From the NCBI GenBank assembly GCA_963831715.1, contig CAWHRB010000001.1, positions 640,306 to 704,305 on the forward strand: a stretch of 64,000 bases of DNA, in the 5' to 3' direction. This document shows, piece after piece, positions 52,092 through 62,977 of the stretch. The position numbers and the translations under genes were made by a program. The notes under the pieces are model-generated. The model worked only from the letters and a program-made list of their open reading frames with translations, did no database searches and was not told the origin of the DNA. The number at the start of each line of letters is the position of its first letter. Within the stretch, counting starts at the first letter, position 1. Source of the stretch: an uncultured Chloroflexia bacterium (lineage in GTDB: Bacteria; Chloroflexota; Limnocylindria; Limnocylindrales; CSP1-4).

Positions 52092-54141
52092 CGTTCGTCA
52101 CCGGGCACGGCCCGGAGGGCGGGTCGGCGTCGGCGCCGATCGCGCGGTCCGTCCATGGTGCGCTCCGTCACCGGCTGGCGAGCGGGCAGGTCGACGACCC
52201 GCTCGAGGTTCGGGTTCGGCGCCGTCCGGTGCGGGATCGCCATGGCTTCGACGAAGTGCTCCTGGAACCGTGGCTCGACCGCCGTCTCGATCTTCTCGAC
52301 CCGCCGAACGACCGATTCGATCTCGCGCCTGGCCTCGCCCGACAGGAGGGCGATCAGCGCCCCGGTGCCGGCCGCGTTGCCGGCTGCTCGCACTCGACCA
52401 AGGTCACAATCGGGCACGAGGCCGAGCACCATCGCGTGGAGGGGATCGATCTGGCTGCCGAATGCGCCGGCCAGCCGCACCTCATCGACCGTGTCGCGTC
52501 CGAGCTGATCCATGAGCAGGCGGGCACCGGCGTAGAGGGCGGCCTTGGCGAGCTGGATCGCCCGCACGTCGTTCTGGGTGATGACGATGCGCGGACCGCC
52601 ATCAGCGGGCTCGTGCAGGACATAGCTGAAGGTCCGTCCGTCGGCGATCACCCGCGGTGTCCGGGCGGCGACCGTGCCGTCGATCACGCCGTCGGCCGTG
52701 ATCACGCCCGCCAGGAACAGCTCGGCGATCACTTCGATGATGCCGGACCCGCAGATCCCGGTGATGCCGGCCCCGGCGGCCTCGAGCGCCTCGACGAAGG
52801 TGGGCTCGTCCGACCAGGCCTCGACGCCGATCACCCGGAAGCGCGGCTCGAGCGTCGTCCGGTCGACGCGCACGCGCTCGATCGCGCCGGCCGCCGCCCG
52901 CTGACCCGAGCTGATCTGGGCACCCTCGAACGCCGGGCCGGTCGGGCTGCTGGCGGCGAGCAGCCGGTCCCGGTTGCCGAGCACGATCTCGGCGTTCGTG
53001 CCGACGTCGACGATCAGCGTGATGGCCTCGGCCTCGTGCGGCTCTTCCGCGAGGATCACACCGGCCGTATCTGCGCCGACGTGACCGGCGATGCACGGCA
53101 GGATGTAGACGCGGGCCCCGGGGTGGGCGTAGACGCCGAGCTCGGCGGCGGTCGTGGCGACCGCGGTATCGGTCGCGAGCGCGAAGGGCGCGGAACCGAG
53201 GGGCGTCGGATCGATGCCCAACAGCAAGTGGTGCATGATCGGGTTCCCGACGATCGCCAGCTCGAGGATCTCGAGCCGCTTGGTGTCGCTCTTGTTGGCC
53301 AGTGCGGCAAGCAACCCATCGAGCGCCTTGCGCACGGCCGTGGTCAGCTCGACGTCGCCGCCTTCGTGCATCATCACGTACGAGACGCGGCTCATCAGGT
53401 CCTCACCGAACCGGATCTGCGGGTTCATGACGCCGGCGCTGGCGAGGATCTCGCCGCTCAGGAGGTTCACGAGGTGGCCGGCGATCGTCGTCGACCCCAC
53501 ATCGATCGCGACCCCGAACGCGCGGTCATGGAACCCCGGCCAGACGGCGATCACATCGTGGCCACCGTGGACGGCCACCGTCACGCGGTAGAAGGCGGCC
53601 GTCAGCGTCGACTGCAGCACGCGGATGACCGACAGGTCGGCCCGAAGGTCGTCGAGACCCCACTCACGGCCAAGCGCCTCGAAGAGGCGCCCGAGGTCGC
53701 CGGTCGGCGTCGCGAGGTCGGGCTCGCTGACGTCGACGGTGTAGAGCCGCACGACGGGGTCCATCTCGAAGGCCCGTGCGGCGAGGTCCTTGCGGATGAT
53801 CTGCCGATGGACCTGGCTCTCCGGTGGGACGTCGATCAGGGCGTCGCCCAGCACCGTGGCCGTGCACGACAACCGCCGGTCCTCCGCCAGGCCCTGCTCC
53901 TCGCGGTACGCCGTCTCGAGCTGGCCCGGCTCCGCGATGTGGTCCGGCGCGGAGGTGATCCCGTGCTTCGCGAATGTCCCGAAGGCCGGCGTGACGGTGC
54001 ATCGACCGCAGACCCCGCGGCTGCCACAGACGGCATCGACGTCGACACCGAGCGAGCGCGCAGCGTCGAGGATGGTGGTGCCGGCCGGCACGCGACCGCG
54101 TCGTCCGGAGGGCGTGAAGATGACCTGTGGGTCGGTCACGG
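52088..54141 (-). CDS. Corrinoid reductive activase (RamA-like: N-terminal 2Fe-2S ferredoxin + ASKHA ATPase domain)
   Basis: CGSRGVCGRCTV ferredoxin motif, large ASKHA domain (DxGTN-type motifs); start estimated. Confidence 0.75.
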
Positions 54142-54167
54142 TCTCGGTCGGGGCCACGGGCCCGCGG

Positions 54168-55145
54168 TCAGCTGGCGGCCGGGACGTCGAGCCCCGGGAC
54201 GTCCACACCCGGCACGTCGGCAGAGCGTTCCGGCGGCGTGCCGTTCGACGCGGGACCACGGCGTCGATTCACACGGCGGCGGCCGACCTCGCCCTCGGCC
54301 GGCTCGACGCGGAACCGGCGGATCCAGCGGGCAGCGTCACGATCGTTGCCCATCAGGACATCGCTGGCCATGACGGCCGTGCGGACACCCTCCGAGATCG
54401 GGTTGGTGATGGCCGAGGTCAGCCCCGAGGCGATCGCCATGTTGAGGAACGCGCCATTGATGCCCTCACGGTTCGGCAGGCCGAAGCTGACGTTCGATGC
54501 CCCGCACGTCGAGTTGACCTTCAGCTCGTCGCGCAGTCGACCGAGGATCCGGAACACCTGGCGGCCGGCACCTGCGAGCGCGCCGATCGGCATGAGCAGC
54601 GGGTCCACGACGATGTCCTCGCGCGGGATGCCATGGTCCGCGGCCCGCTCGACGATGCGCTTGGCCACGGCGAAGCGGACGTCGGGATCCATGCTGATGC
54701 CGGTCTCGTCGTTGCTGATGGCGACGACCGCGCAGCCGTACTTCTTGACGAGCGGCAGCACCCGCTCGAGCCGCTCCTCCTCACCGGTCACGCTATTGAG
54801 GAGCGGCTTGCCCTGGTACACGGCGAGGCCCGCCTCGAGCGCCTCGACGATCGAAGAGTCGATCGAGAGCGGGAGGTCGGTCAGCGATTGGACGAGCTGG
54901 ATGGTCCTGGCGAGGATCGCCGGCTCGTCGGCCAGGGGGATGCCCGCATTGACGTCGAGCATCTGCGCGCCGGCCTCGACCTGGGCGATCGTGTCGCGCT
55001 CGACGCGCGAGAAGTCGCCTGCCGCCATCTCCTCCGCGAGCAGCTTGCGACCGGTCGGGTTGATGCGCTCGCCGATGACCACGAACGGCCGGTCGTCACC
55101 GATGACGACCTCGCGGGTCGCGGAGCTGACGATGGTCCTCGTCAT
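54168..55145 (-). CDS. Methyltetrahydrofolate:corrinoid methyltransferase (pterin-binding, MtgA/MtrH-like)
   Basis: Pterin-binding DHPS-like barrel (…IGERINPTG…, …NSV…, CGASNVSFGLP…). Confidence 0.75.
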   Translation of the reverse strand: MTRTIVSSATREVVIGDDRPFVVIGERINPTGRKLLAEEMAAGDFSRVERDTIAQVEAGAQMLDVNAGIPLADEPAILARTIQLVQSLTDLPLSIDSSIVEALEAGLAVYQGKPLLNSVTGEEERLERVLPLVKKYGCAVVAISNDETGISMDPDVRFAVAKRIVERAADHGIPREDIVVDPLLMPIGALAGAGRQVFRILGRLRDELKVNSTCGASNVSFGLPNREGINGAFLNMAIASGLTSAITNPISEGVRTAVMASDVLMGNDRDAARWIRRFRVEPAEGEVGRRRVNRRRGPASNGTPPERSADVPGVDVPGLDVPAAS

Positions 55146-55489
55146 ACGCCGGCCTTGCCCTGGGTCTCATCGTGCGCCGGCGGCAAGGCCTCGGCGCCGT
55201 CGACGCCACCGGACTGGATGAGCATCGCGAGGCGGTGCTTGTCGTAGTCGGCCTCGAGACGCTCGGCTTCGGCCGCGACCTCCTCGTCGATGTCCTCGCC
55301 ACAGCGGCGTTGGGTCCGTCGCCACTCCTCGATGTAGTCGTTGTAGGCTCGCTTGCCGGCTCGGCTGGCGGCCTTGTCGATGGCGACCTGGAAGCGCGGA
55401 TGCAAGACGATCTTGCTCTGCTTGCGGCCCTCGCGAGCGGTGACCTGCGCCGGGATGTCGCGCCACCAGATGACGGTCATCGTGCCCAT
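55142..55489 (-). CDS. Small conserved hypothetical protein in corrinoid operon
   Basis: 115 aa (MGTMTVIWWRDIPAQV…); translationally coupled position; function unknown. Confidence 0.4.
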   Translation of the reverse strand: MGTMTVIWWRDIPAQVTAREGRKQSKIVLHPRFQVAIDKAASRAGKRAYNDYIEEWRRTQRRCGEDIDEEVAAEAERLEADYDKHRLAMLIQSGGVDGAEALPPAHDETQGKAGV

Positions 55490-55492
55490 CGA

Positions 55493-56152
55493 TCAGCGTC
55501 CCGCGACGTCGATGAGCGGCACGACCGTCGGCGCCGGATGCCCGGCCGCCACCGCGGCGATCGTCGTCGCCAGCTGGCCGTAGCCCGTCGAGCGCTGCTC
55601 GTAGCGAAGACCGAGGCGCCGAGCGGCACGTCTGGCGGCCGCTGCCAGCGCGGGGTCGTCGGTCTGGGCGAGGTAGACGAGCCGGTGGTAGTTGCCGAAA
55701 TACTGGTCGCGCAGCTCTGGATGGCGGTCGAGACCGAGGCCCTTGATGACCAGCCGATCGAAGTTGCGGGCCAGGAAATCGGTCAGGAAGAAGGTCCCCG
55801 GCTCGTCGTCGACCATCCGCGCAAACTCGGGGCTCGTCGCATAGAACTCGTAGCAATGCGCGCCCGCGAGGCGCTCGACGCCCTCCTCGGCGATGACAGG
55901 GTCGAGCAGGCCGCCGGTGCCGCAATCGGCATAGGCGACGAAGACGCGGTCGTAGCCGGCCCGTCGCCGGCGGATCCGTTCGCGGACGGCGGCAGGGATC
56001 CCGCCCGGCCGGTTGTGGAGGGTCGCCGGCAGGCAGGTGATGTCGACGTTCGGCAGGTCCTTCGTCAGCGCGACGAGCTCACGAGCGAGGGCGCCGCAGC
56101 CGACGACCAGGACCTTGGGCTCGCTGCCCTCACGCCGGGACGCTGGCACGCG
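55493..56152 (-). CDS. DUF1638-like protein (corrinoid-methyltransferase-associated)
   Basis: KVLVVGCGALAREL…ADCGTGG pattern characteristic of DUF1638; start estimated. Confidence 0.5.
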   Translation of the reverse strand, partial: RVPASRREGSEPKVLVVGCGALARELVALTKDLPNVDITCLPATLHNRPGGIPAAVRERIRRRRAGYDRVFVAYADCGTGGLLDPVIAEEGVERLAGAHCYEFYATSPEFARMVDDEPGTFFLTDFLARNFDRLVIKGLGLDRHPELRDQYFGNYHRLVYLAQTDDPALAAAARRAARRLGLRYEQRSTGYGQLATTIAAVAAGHPAPTVVPLIDVAGR

Positions 56153-56837
56153 CTCGTCGCTCGTCGATGAGCCGGCGGGCCGTCTCAGCGGCGACGCCGG
56201 CGTCCCGGCAGTAGGCGTCGGCACCGACCGCCATCCCGAACTCCTCGTTCAGCGGCGCTCCGCCGACGAGCACGATGTAGTCGTCCCGGATCTCGCGATC
56301 CTTGAGTGTCTGGATGACGACCTTCATGTACGGCATCGTCGTCGTGAGGAGGGCCGACATCCCGAGGATGTCCGGCTTGTGCTCGGTGAGGGCGTTGATG
56401 AACTTGTCGGCATCGGTGTTGATGCCCAGGTCGACCACCTCGAAGCCGGCACCCTCGAGCATCATCCCGACGAGGTTCTTGCCGATGTCGTGGATGTCGC
56501 CCTTGACCGTCCCGATGACGACCTTGCCGACCGGCTCCGCGCCGGTCTCGGCGAGCAACGGGCGCAGGATCGCCATGCCGGCTTTCATCGCGTTGGCCGC
56601 GAGCAGGACCTCGGGGACGAACAGGATCCCGTCACGGAAGTCGATGCCGACGATCTTCATGCCGGCCACCAGCGCGTCGTCGAGCACCTTCGTCGCGGAG
56701 AACCCGCGCGCGAGCAGGATGTTGGTCCCCTCGACGATCTCGTCCTTCATGCCGTCGTAGAGGTCGTTGTGCATCTGCTCGACGAGCTCGTCGTCGGACA
56801 GGCTCTTGAGGTCGATGTCCTGATAGTCGTCGGTCAT
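56130..56837 (-). CDS. Corrinoid (B12-binding) protein, MtgC/MttC-like
   Basis: B12-binding cap + DIHDIGKNLVG…MSALLTT…VLVGGAP motifs. Confidence 0.85.
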   Translation of the reverse strand: MTDDYQDIDLKSLSDDELVEQMHNDLYDGMKDEIVEGTNILLARGFSATKVLDDALVAGMKIVGIDFRDGILFVPEVLLAANAMKAGMAILRPLLAETGAEPVGKVVIGTVKGDIHDIGKNLVGMMLEGAGFEVVDLGINTDADKFINALTEHKPDILGMSALLTTTMPYMKVVIQTLKDREIRDDYIVLVGGAPLNEEFGMAVGADAYCRDAGVAAETARRLIDERRARASVPA

Positions 56838-56943
56838 CTGCGATCGCTCCGGTCCCGAAAGTGGCGATGGGATCGAGTTGGGGGGTTCCACATCGTGGAA
56901 CCGTACCGTATGATGGAACCCGCGACCCCGAATCTAGCCGGAA

Positions 56944-57705
56944 GTGAAGCCAGTGTCCAGCGTCCAATCCATCAGACGGGCCTTCGCCGTGCTCGACGCG
57001 CTCGACGAGGGGCCGCTCGGCGTGACCGATGTGGCCGACCGGGCTGCCCTACCGAAGTCGACAGCCGCCCGCCTGCTGGCCACGCTCGTCGGCGAGGGCG
57101 CGGTCGAGCAGGTCCCAGGTGAGACGTCGTACCGCCTCGGACCGCGCCTGGTGACGCTGGCCGGTGGGTTCAGCCTCGTTCGCTCGCTCGCGGCGGTGGG
57201 CCGTCCGGTGCTCGTGGATCTCGCGGCCGCATCCGGCGAGGCGGCCGGGCTCGGCGTCCCGGATGGCGACCTCATCCATTACATCGACCAGGTCGATACG
57301 CCCAACCCCGTCGTCGTCCGCGACTGGACCGGTGCGCGCGCGCCACTGCACGCCGTCTCCTCCGGCCAGGTCCTGCTCGCGTTCCGAACACCGGCCGCCA
57401 TCGAGCGCTATCTCGCCCAGCCGTCGCTGGAGCGGTTCACCCCACGGACGCTGTCAGACCCGGAGACCGTCCGCGAACGCCTCCGGGACGTGCGTCGGCG
57501 CGGCTTTGCGTGGGCGATCGAGGAGTTCGACGCCGGGATCGCGTCGGTCGCGGCGCCGATCGCGGACGCGTCGGGTGAGGTCATCGCCGCAGTCCACATC
57601 CACGGACCGTCGTACCAATTCCCACCGCCAGAGCGCGAGGCGGAGCTCTCGCAGTCGGTCGTCACCGGGGCCGCGCGGATCGCGGCTGGGTTGCGCGAGC
57701 GCTAG
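56944..57705 (+). CDS. IclR family transcriptional regulator
   Basis: N-terminal HTH (…SVQSIRRAFAVLDAL…GVTDVADRAALPKSTAARLL…) and IclR effector domain. Confidence 0.85.
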   Translation: MKPVSSVQSIRRAFAVLDALDEGPLGVTDVADRAALPKSTAARLLATLVGEGAVEQVPGETSYRLGPRLVTLAGGFSLVRSLAAVGRPVLVDLAAASGEAAGLGVPDGDLIHYIDQVDTPNPVVVRDWTGARAPLHAVSSGQVLLAFRTPAAIERYLAQPSLERFTPRTLSDPETVRERLRDVRRRGFAWAIEEFDAGIASVAAPIADASGEVIAAVHIHGPSYQFPPPEREAELSQSVVTGAARIAAGLRER

Positions 57706-57715
57706 CGGCGGCGCC

Positions 57716-58041
57716 TTAGTCGGCCGTGGCCGGGCCCACCGGTTCGAGGTCGATGGTCCGAACCTGGCGCGTCTTGCCGGCCTCGGTCCGGACGACCGCC
57801 GACGGGATCACCCCGTTCGACATGCGCTCGATGACGGCGACCTCGCCGGCATACAGTCCGTTGCCGGCGATGCGCACCTTCCCGCCGACGGAAAGGCCCG
57901 TGCGGCCCTTGCCCGCGCTCGTGTCGATGATGGCGACTGTGGGGCGAACGTACGGCACGTCATCCGGCAGCCCGGTGGGCGGCGGGGGTCGATTGGCGGT
58001 CTTGGCCGGCGGGTAATTGACTTTCCGTTTGGGCACTGGTC
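57716..58041 (-). CDS. Small hypothetical protein (Pro-rich N-terminus, KOW-like C-terminal segment)
   Basis: GTG start 4 nt after AGGAGG; 108 aa. Confidence 0.4.
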
Positions 58042-58061
58042 CTCCTGTTAGTCCGTTCTTC

Positions 58062-58433
58062 CTACTCCGGTTCGTCCGATTTGATGGCGCGCTTGGCCTT
58101 CGATGCCTTGGCTTCGACGTCCGCGGCCAGCTCCGCCGCTTCGGCCTGGACGTCGTCGAGGGATCCTGCGACGGCATCGGTCCCGTTGCCGCCGGTGATG
58201 TTGGACCGGACCTCGTCGACCTGGGCCGTCACATTCGTCCTGACGTCTTCGACCTGGGATGCCACCTTGGTGCGGACGTCGCGGGTGCGCACGTCGATCT
58301 CGTCGCCGAGCTCTCCGAGCTTGCTGTCGACCCGGTACTTGTCCCGGAATTCGGAGCCGGCTCGGGACATGTACCAGGCAGCGGCCCCAGCCGCCACCAC
58401 GATGCCGGCGATCATGCCACTGATGAAGCCCAT
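58062..58433 (-). CDS. Membrane-anchored coiled-coil protein (YtxH/DUF948-like)
   Basis: N-terminal TM (MGFISGMIAGIVVAAGAAAWY) then repetitive charged helix; RBS GGGAGG. Confidence 0.45.
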   Translation of the reverse strand: MGFISGMIAGIVVAAGAAAWYMSRAGSEFRDKYRVDSKLGELGDEIDVRTRDVRTKVASQVEDVRTNVTAQVDEVRSNITGGNGTDAVAGSLDDVQAEAAELAADVEAKASKAKRAIKSDEPE

Positions 58434-58533
58434 CGGGTACCTCCCACTCACCACGGGTCGGCCAGTTCTGTCGGACGGATACGACCGCGTCGGGCCGAGT
58501 GTACCGCCGTCGGGTCGTGCGTCCGTCAGGTGG

Positions 58534-59535
58534 TCAACCGGTGTCTTTCAGGCGGCGCACCTCCGCGGTGATCGCCGGTACCACGGCGTGCACGTCACCG
58601 ATGACGGCGTACGCAGCGCGCTTGAAGATCGGTGCCTCGGGATCGGTGTTGATGACGAGGATCCGCTTGGCGGCCTTCGCCCCGACGATGTGCTGGATCG
58701 CCCCGCTGATCCCGCAGGCGATGTACAGGTCAGGCGCGATGCGGGTGCCGGTCTGGCCGATCTGTTGAGCATGGGGACGCCAGCCGAGACTGGTCGCCAC
58801 GCGCGACACGCCGACGGCGGCCCCGAGCAGGGACGCGAGTTCGTCGAGCATGGCGAACGCCTCGCCGCTGCCGAGCCCTCGACCCCCGCCGACGACGACC
58901 TTGGCATCCGCCAGCGACACCCGGTCGGCGGCGGTGGCGTCCCGACCGACGACCCGCGCCCGGAGATCCGCGTCCGTCAGGGACGGCGCCACTCGCGTGA
59001 CGGTCGCGTCAGGTAAGGCGGCGCTCGCGTCGAGGGCCGGAACGACGTGCGGGGCGACCGTCAAGAGGCGCGGCTGTCCGTCGAGCAGAGCGTCCTCGAG
59101 CAGGCTGCCCGCCCAGCGCTGGCGGGTGATCCGCCACGGATCGCCCGGCTCGGCGGTCACGACGTTGGCCGCCATCGGCTGGCCGGTCCGGGCCGCGACA
59201 TGGGCGAGGACCTCGGTGGCGCGATCGCTGCCAGGCGCCACGACGGCGTCGTACGAGCCCCCACCGACGATGCCCGCCACCGCAGCGGCCCACGCCGCAG
59301 GGGCGTACGCCGCCAGGCGGTCATCGCCGACCACGTGGACCGTGCTGACGCCATAGCCACCCAGACCAGCAGCTGCGGTCTCGGCCTCCGAAGCCGCCTC
59401 GCCGCCGGCGACCACCACCGCGTCGACGTCTCCCCCGACCTGCGCGCCCAGCGCGCCCGCGAACCCGAGCGCTTCAGCACTCAGTCGGTCCGGACCGCGA
59501 CCGGCGGTCTCGACCAGGACGAGGATCCCGCTCAC
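58534..59535 (-). CDS. etfA: Electron transfer flavoprotein alpha subunit
   Basis: EtfA sequence incl. C-terminal FAD-binding (…PDLYIACGISGAIQH…). Confidence 0.9.
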   Translation of the reverse strand: MSGILVLVETAGRGPDRLSAEALGFAGALGAQVGGDVDAVVVAGGEAASEAETAAAGLGGYGVSTVHVVGDDRLAAYAPAAWAAAVAGIVGGGSYDAVVAPGSDRATEVLAHVAARTGQPMAANVVTAEPGDPWRITRQRWAGSLLEDALLDGQPRLLTVAPHVVPALDASAALPDATVTRVAPSLTDADLRARVVGRDATAADRVSLADAKVVVGGGRGLGSGEAFAMLDELASLLGAAVGVSRVATSLGWRPHAQQIGQTGTRIAPDLYIACGISGAIQHIVGAKAAKRILVINTDPEAPIFKRAAYAVIGDVHAVVPAITAEVRRLKDTG

Positions 59536-60296
59536 AGGACGCCGATCTCGCGCAGCATCTCGACGACCCGCGGGGCCGCCTCCGGTCCGTGCCCGAGGAC
59601 CTCGACATGGGCCTCCTGTTCAACGGGCAGCTTGAGCCGGTCTAGGGTCGGACCGCCGAGGGCCCGCTCGGGTTCGATCCGCTCGATCTCCTTCTTCTTG
59701 GCGCGCAGCCGGCCGGGGACCGACGGATAGCGCGGCAGGTTGATGCCCTCTCGGACGCCGACGACCGCCGGCAGCGGCAACTCATAGACGTCGAACCCTT
59801 CGGGCACCTGTCGCCGGGCGGTCGCCACCCCGTCATGCACCTCGAGCGCCTTGATGCCCGTGACCATCGGCCGGTCGAGCGCGACGGCGAGGCGGATCCC
59901 GACCTGGAAACCACCCGAGTCAGCCGACTCGTTGCCCACGAGGATCAGGTCGAACGGGCCGCCTTCCGCCTCCAGCCGCCGGACCGCATCAGTCAGGGCT
60001 GTGGAGGTCGCCATGGGATCCCAATCGGCCCCGTCGGTCTCGAGCAGGACTGCACGGTCGATGCCGATCGCCAATGCATCGCGTAGCTGGTCGGCCGCCT
60101 CGGCCGGGCCGAGGGTCATCACGACCGACTCGCCGCCGTTCGCCTCGATCAGGCGCACGGACTCCTCGACGGCGCACTCCTCGTGGGGGCTCACGACGAA
60201 CCCGAGGAACCGGGTGTCGATCGAGCGCCCGTCGTCGGCGAGCACGATGCGTCCGCCGGTCGCCGGGACACGCTTCACGAGCGCCAGGATGCGCAT
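59532..60296 (-). CDS. etfB: Electron transfer flavoprotein beta subunit
   Basis: MRILALVKRVP… EtfB family; GTGA overlap with etfA. Confidence 0.9.
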   Translation of the reverse strand: MRILALVKRVPATGGRIVLADDGRSIDTRFLGFVVSPHEECAVEESVRLIEANGGESVVMTLGPAEAADQLRDALAIGIDRAVLLETDGADWDPMATSTALTDAVRRLEAEGGPFDLILVGNESADSGGFQVGIRLAVALDRPMVTGIKALEVHDGVATARRQVPEGFDVYELPLPAVVGVREGINLPRYPSVPGRLRAKKKEIERIEPERALGGPTLDRLKLPVEQEAHVEVLGHGPEAAPRVVEMLREIGVL

Positions 60297-60304
60297 CGAC
60301 CGGG

Positions 60305-62830
60305 TCAGCTCCGGATCCGCTCGTTCTCGGGGTCGAACAGCGGGGTGGCGCCGGCGACCGCGACCGTGACCGGGTAGCGCTCGCCGAAGTACTCGACCTG
60401 CAGCTTGGTCCCTTCGACGGCCTGCTCGGGCGGCAGGTACGACATGAGCAGGTGCGTGCCGACCGATGGCCCGGACCCGGCGCTCGTCACATATGAGCGG
60501 CGGCCCTTGGCGTCGACGAGCGGGCTGCCGTCCTCGGCGAGGATGGGCTCGCGGCCGAGCATGTACCGCTTCACGCCGCTCTTCGAGGTGTTGTCGTCGA
60601 CCGTGAGCGTGCTCAGGATCGCGACCGGGGGTGCGTCACGCATGCGGAGGTAGGCATCGCGGCCGACGAATTCGGCGTCCTTGACCGTGGGCCGCGCCAT
60701 GCCCGCCTCAACCAGGTCGAAATCGAGCTCGAGCTCGGCGCCGTGGGCGCGGTAGCCCTTCTCCAGGCGAGACGTGACCGCGTATGTGCCGATCCCGACC
60801 GGTACGAGGCCGTGTGGCTGCCCCGCTCGCCAGAGCGCGTCCCAGACGCGCAGGCCCTGCTCGATCGGGACGTAGATCTCCCAGCCGAGCTCGCCGACGT
60901 AGCTGATGCGCGAGGCGAGGGTCCGCACCCCGTCGACCTCCACGGTCTTCGATGACAGGAACGGGAAGCCCGTGTGGCTGATGTCGGCGCTGCCGTCCGA
61001 CGCCGCGCCGAGGATGTCTCGCGCGCGCGGCCCCCACAGACCGAAGGTCGTGAAGGCGTTCGTCACGTCGTGCACCTGGGCCGAGCCGTCGGCGGGCATG
61101 GCGTCCCGGAAGATCTTCTTGTCGCGCATACCCATGCCGCCGCCGGTGACGACGCGGAAGTGGTCTTGGGCCAGCCGCATGATCGTGAGGTCGGCCAGGA
61201 TGCCACCGGCGCCGTTGAGGAGCGGCGTGTAGACGGTCCGACCGGGCGCGACGTCGACCTTGTTGACCGCCAGGCGCTCCAGGGCGGCCAGCGCCCCGGG
61301 TCCGGTCACGTCGAAGATCGCGAATGCCGACAGGTCGACGAGGCCCGCTCGGTCGCGCATCGCGAGATGCTCGGCGTTGACGATCGGCGACCACCAGCGC
61401 GATTCCCATTCAGCCTGGCGCGGCATGACGCGGTCCCCGTACTCGCCGAGGAGCGACTCGTTCGTGCCGTACCAATAGGGTCGCTCCCAACCGGCTGCCT
61501 CGAAGAACTCGGCGCCGAGCTCGACGTGACGCTCGTAGGCCGGCGACAGCCGGATCGGCCGGTTCGAGGCCCACTGCTCCATCGGGTGGACGATGCCGTA
61601 GGTCTTGTTGAAGCCCTCGCTGGCTCGCGCCTCGATGTGCTGGGCGGCCTTGTGGTGGTCGTAGAAGCGGGCGATATCCGACCCGTGCGGGTCGATCTCG
61701 GGCTCGCCGCTGGTCATCCACTCGGCGATCGCCTTGGCGATGCCCGGCGCCTCCTTGATCCAGATCGCCGCCGCGGACCACAGCCCCTTGACCTCGGGGG
61801 TCTCGCCGATGATGGGGTTGCCGTCCGGGGTGAGCGACAGGAGTCCGTTGATCGCCAGCTTCACGCCGACCGACTCGTCACCGACGATCTCGGGGAAGAG
61901 CTCGAGGGCGTCCTCGAGCTGCGGGTCGAAGTCCTCCTGGGTGAACGGCAGCATCGTCGGCGACAGGGCCGACGCCTCGATCGACGGGATGTCGTCGGCG
62001 TCCATCAGGATCGCCCGGTGCGCGTACGAGCCCACCTCGAAGCCGGTCCCGTGCTGGCGCTCGTACATGTTGGTGTCCATGTCGCGGACGATCGGGAAGC
62101 CGACTTCCTTGGTCGTGTGCTCGAACTGCGGCACCGGACCGATGTCGATCATCTGGTGCACCGCCGGCGTCAGCGGGATCGACGCCCCGGCCATCCGGGC
62201 GATGCGCGGGCTCCACACCCCACATGCGACGACGACCGTGTCGGCGGCGATATCACCCTGATCCGTGCGCACGCCACGCACGTGACCGTCGACGACGTCG
62301 ATGCCGGTGACCTCGACCCCGGCCGCGACCGTCAATGCGCCCATGTCCTGCGCCTTTTGACGCATGAGCGTGCCGGCCTGGAGCGAGTCGACGATCCCGA
62401 CGCCCGGCGTGTAGAAGCCGCCGAGGATCACCGAGTCCTCGATGAAGGGGACCATCTCCTTGACTTCGGTCGGCGTGAGCAACCGGGAACCCTCGATCCC
62501 CCACGAGGTCGATGCCGCCATCCGGCGCTTGAGCTCCTCCATCCGTTCCGGCGTGCGCGCGACCTCGATCCCGCCCGTCTCGTCATACACGCCGAGCTCG
62601 CGGTACTGGTTGGCACTGTCGACCGTGAAGGCGGTCATCTCCTTGGAGTGGTCGACGAGGAAGATGAAGTTCGAGGCGTGGCCGGTCGATCCACCGGGGC
62701 TCGGGAGCGGCCCCTTGTCCAGCAGCACGATGTTCCGCCAGCCCTGCTCGGCAAGGTGGTACGCCATGCTGTTGCCGACGATGCCGGCGCCGATGACGAC
62801 GACGTCCGCTCGCGCCGGAAGCGCGCCCAT
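60305..62830 (-). CDS. Dimethylglycine/sarcosine dehydrogenase family enzyme (FAD oxidoreductase + GcvT-like folate-binding domain)
   Basis: VVVIGAGIVGNSMAYHL FAD motif, DAO domain, C-terminal aminomethyltransferase fold; ATG ~62830. Confidence 0.85.
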   Translation of the reverse strand: MGALPARADVVVIGAGIVGNSMAYHLAEQGWRNIVLLDKGPLPSPGGSTGHASNFIFLVDHSKEMTAFTVDSANQYRELGVYDETGGIEVARTPERMEELKRRMAASTSWGIEGSRLLTPTEVKEMVPFIEDSVILGGFYTPGVGIVDSLQAGTLMRQKAQDMGALTVAAGVEVTGIDVVDGHVRGVRTDQGDIAADTVVVACGVWSPRIARMAGASIPLTPAVHQMIDIGPVPQFEHTTKEVGFPIVRDMDTNMYERQHGTGFEVGSYAHRAILMDADDIPSIEASALSPTMLPFTQEDFDPQLEDALELFPEIVGDESVGVKLAINGLLSLTPDGNPIIGETPEVKGLWSAAAIWIKEAPGIAKAIAEWMTSGEPEIDPHGSDIARFYDHHKAAQHIEARASEGFNKTYGIVHPMEQWASNRPIRLSPAYERHVELGAEFFEAAGWERPYWYGTNESLLGEYGDRVMPRQAEWESRWWSPIVNAEHLAMRDRAGLVDLSAFAIFDVTGPGALAALERLAVNKVDVAPGRTVYTPLLNGAGGILADLTIMRLAQDHFRVVTGGGMGMRDKKIFRDAMPADGSAQVHDVTNAFTTFGLWGPRARDILGAASDGSADISHTGFPFLSSKTVEVDGVRTLASRISYVGELGWEIYVPIEQGLRVWDALWRAGQPHGLVPVGIGTYAVTSRLEKGYRAHGAELELDFDLVEAGMARPTVKDAEFVGRDAYLRMRDAPPVAILSTLTVDDNTSKSGVKRYMLGREPILAEDGSPLVDAKGRRSYVTSAGSGPSVGTHLLMSYLPPEQAVEGTKLQVEYFGERYPVTVAVAGATPLFDPENERIRS

Positions 62831-62977
62831 GCAGACCCTCCTCCTGCGCCGCGTCGATGGGGCGGCGTGCGGGAGAGGATACCCGGACACCGGACCCGGA
62901 GCGCGCTACCGCGCCTTGACCGCCGCTCGAGCCGGTCCCATCCTCCGCCGTCCGAGCCAGAGTCGAGCGAGGGGACC

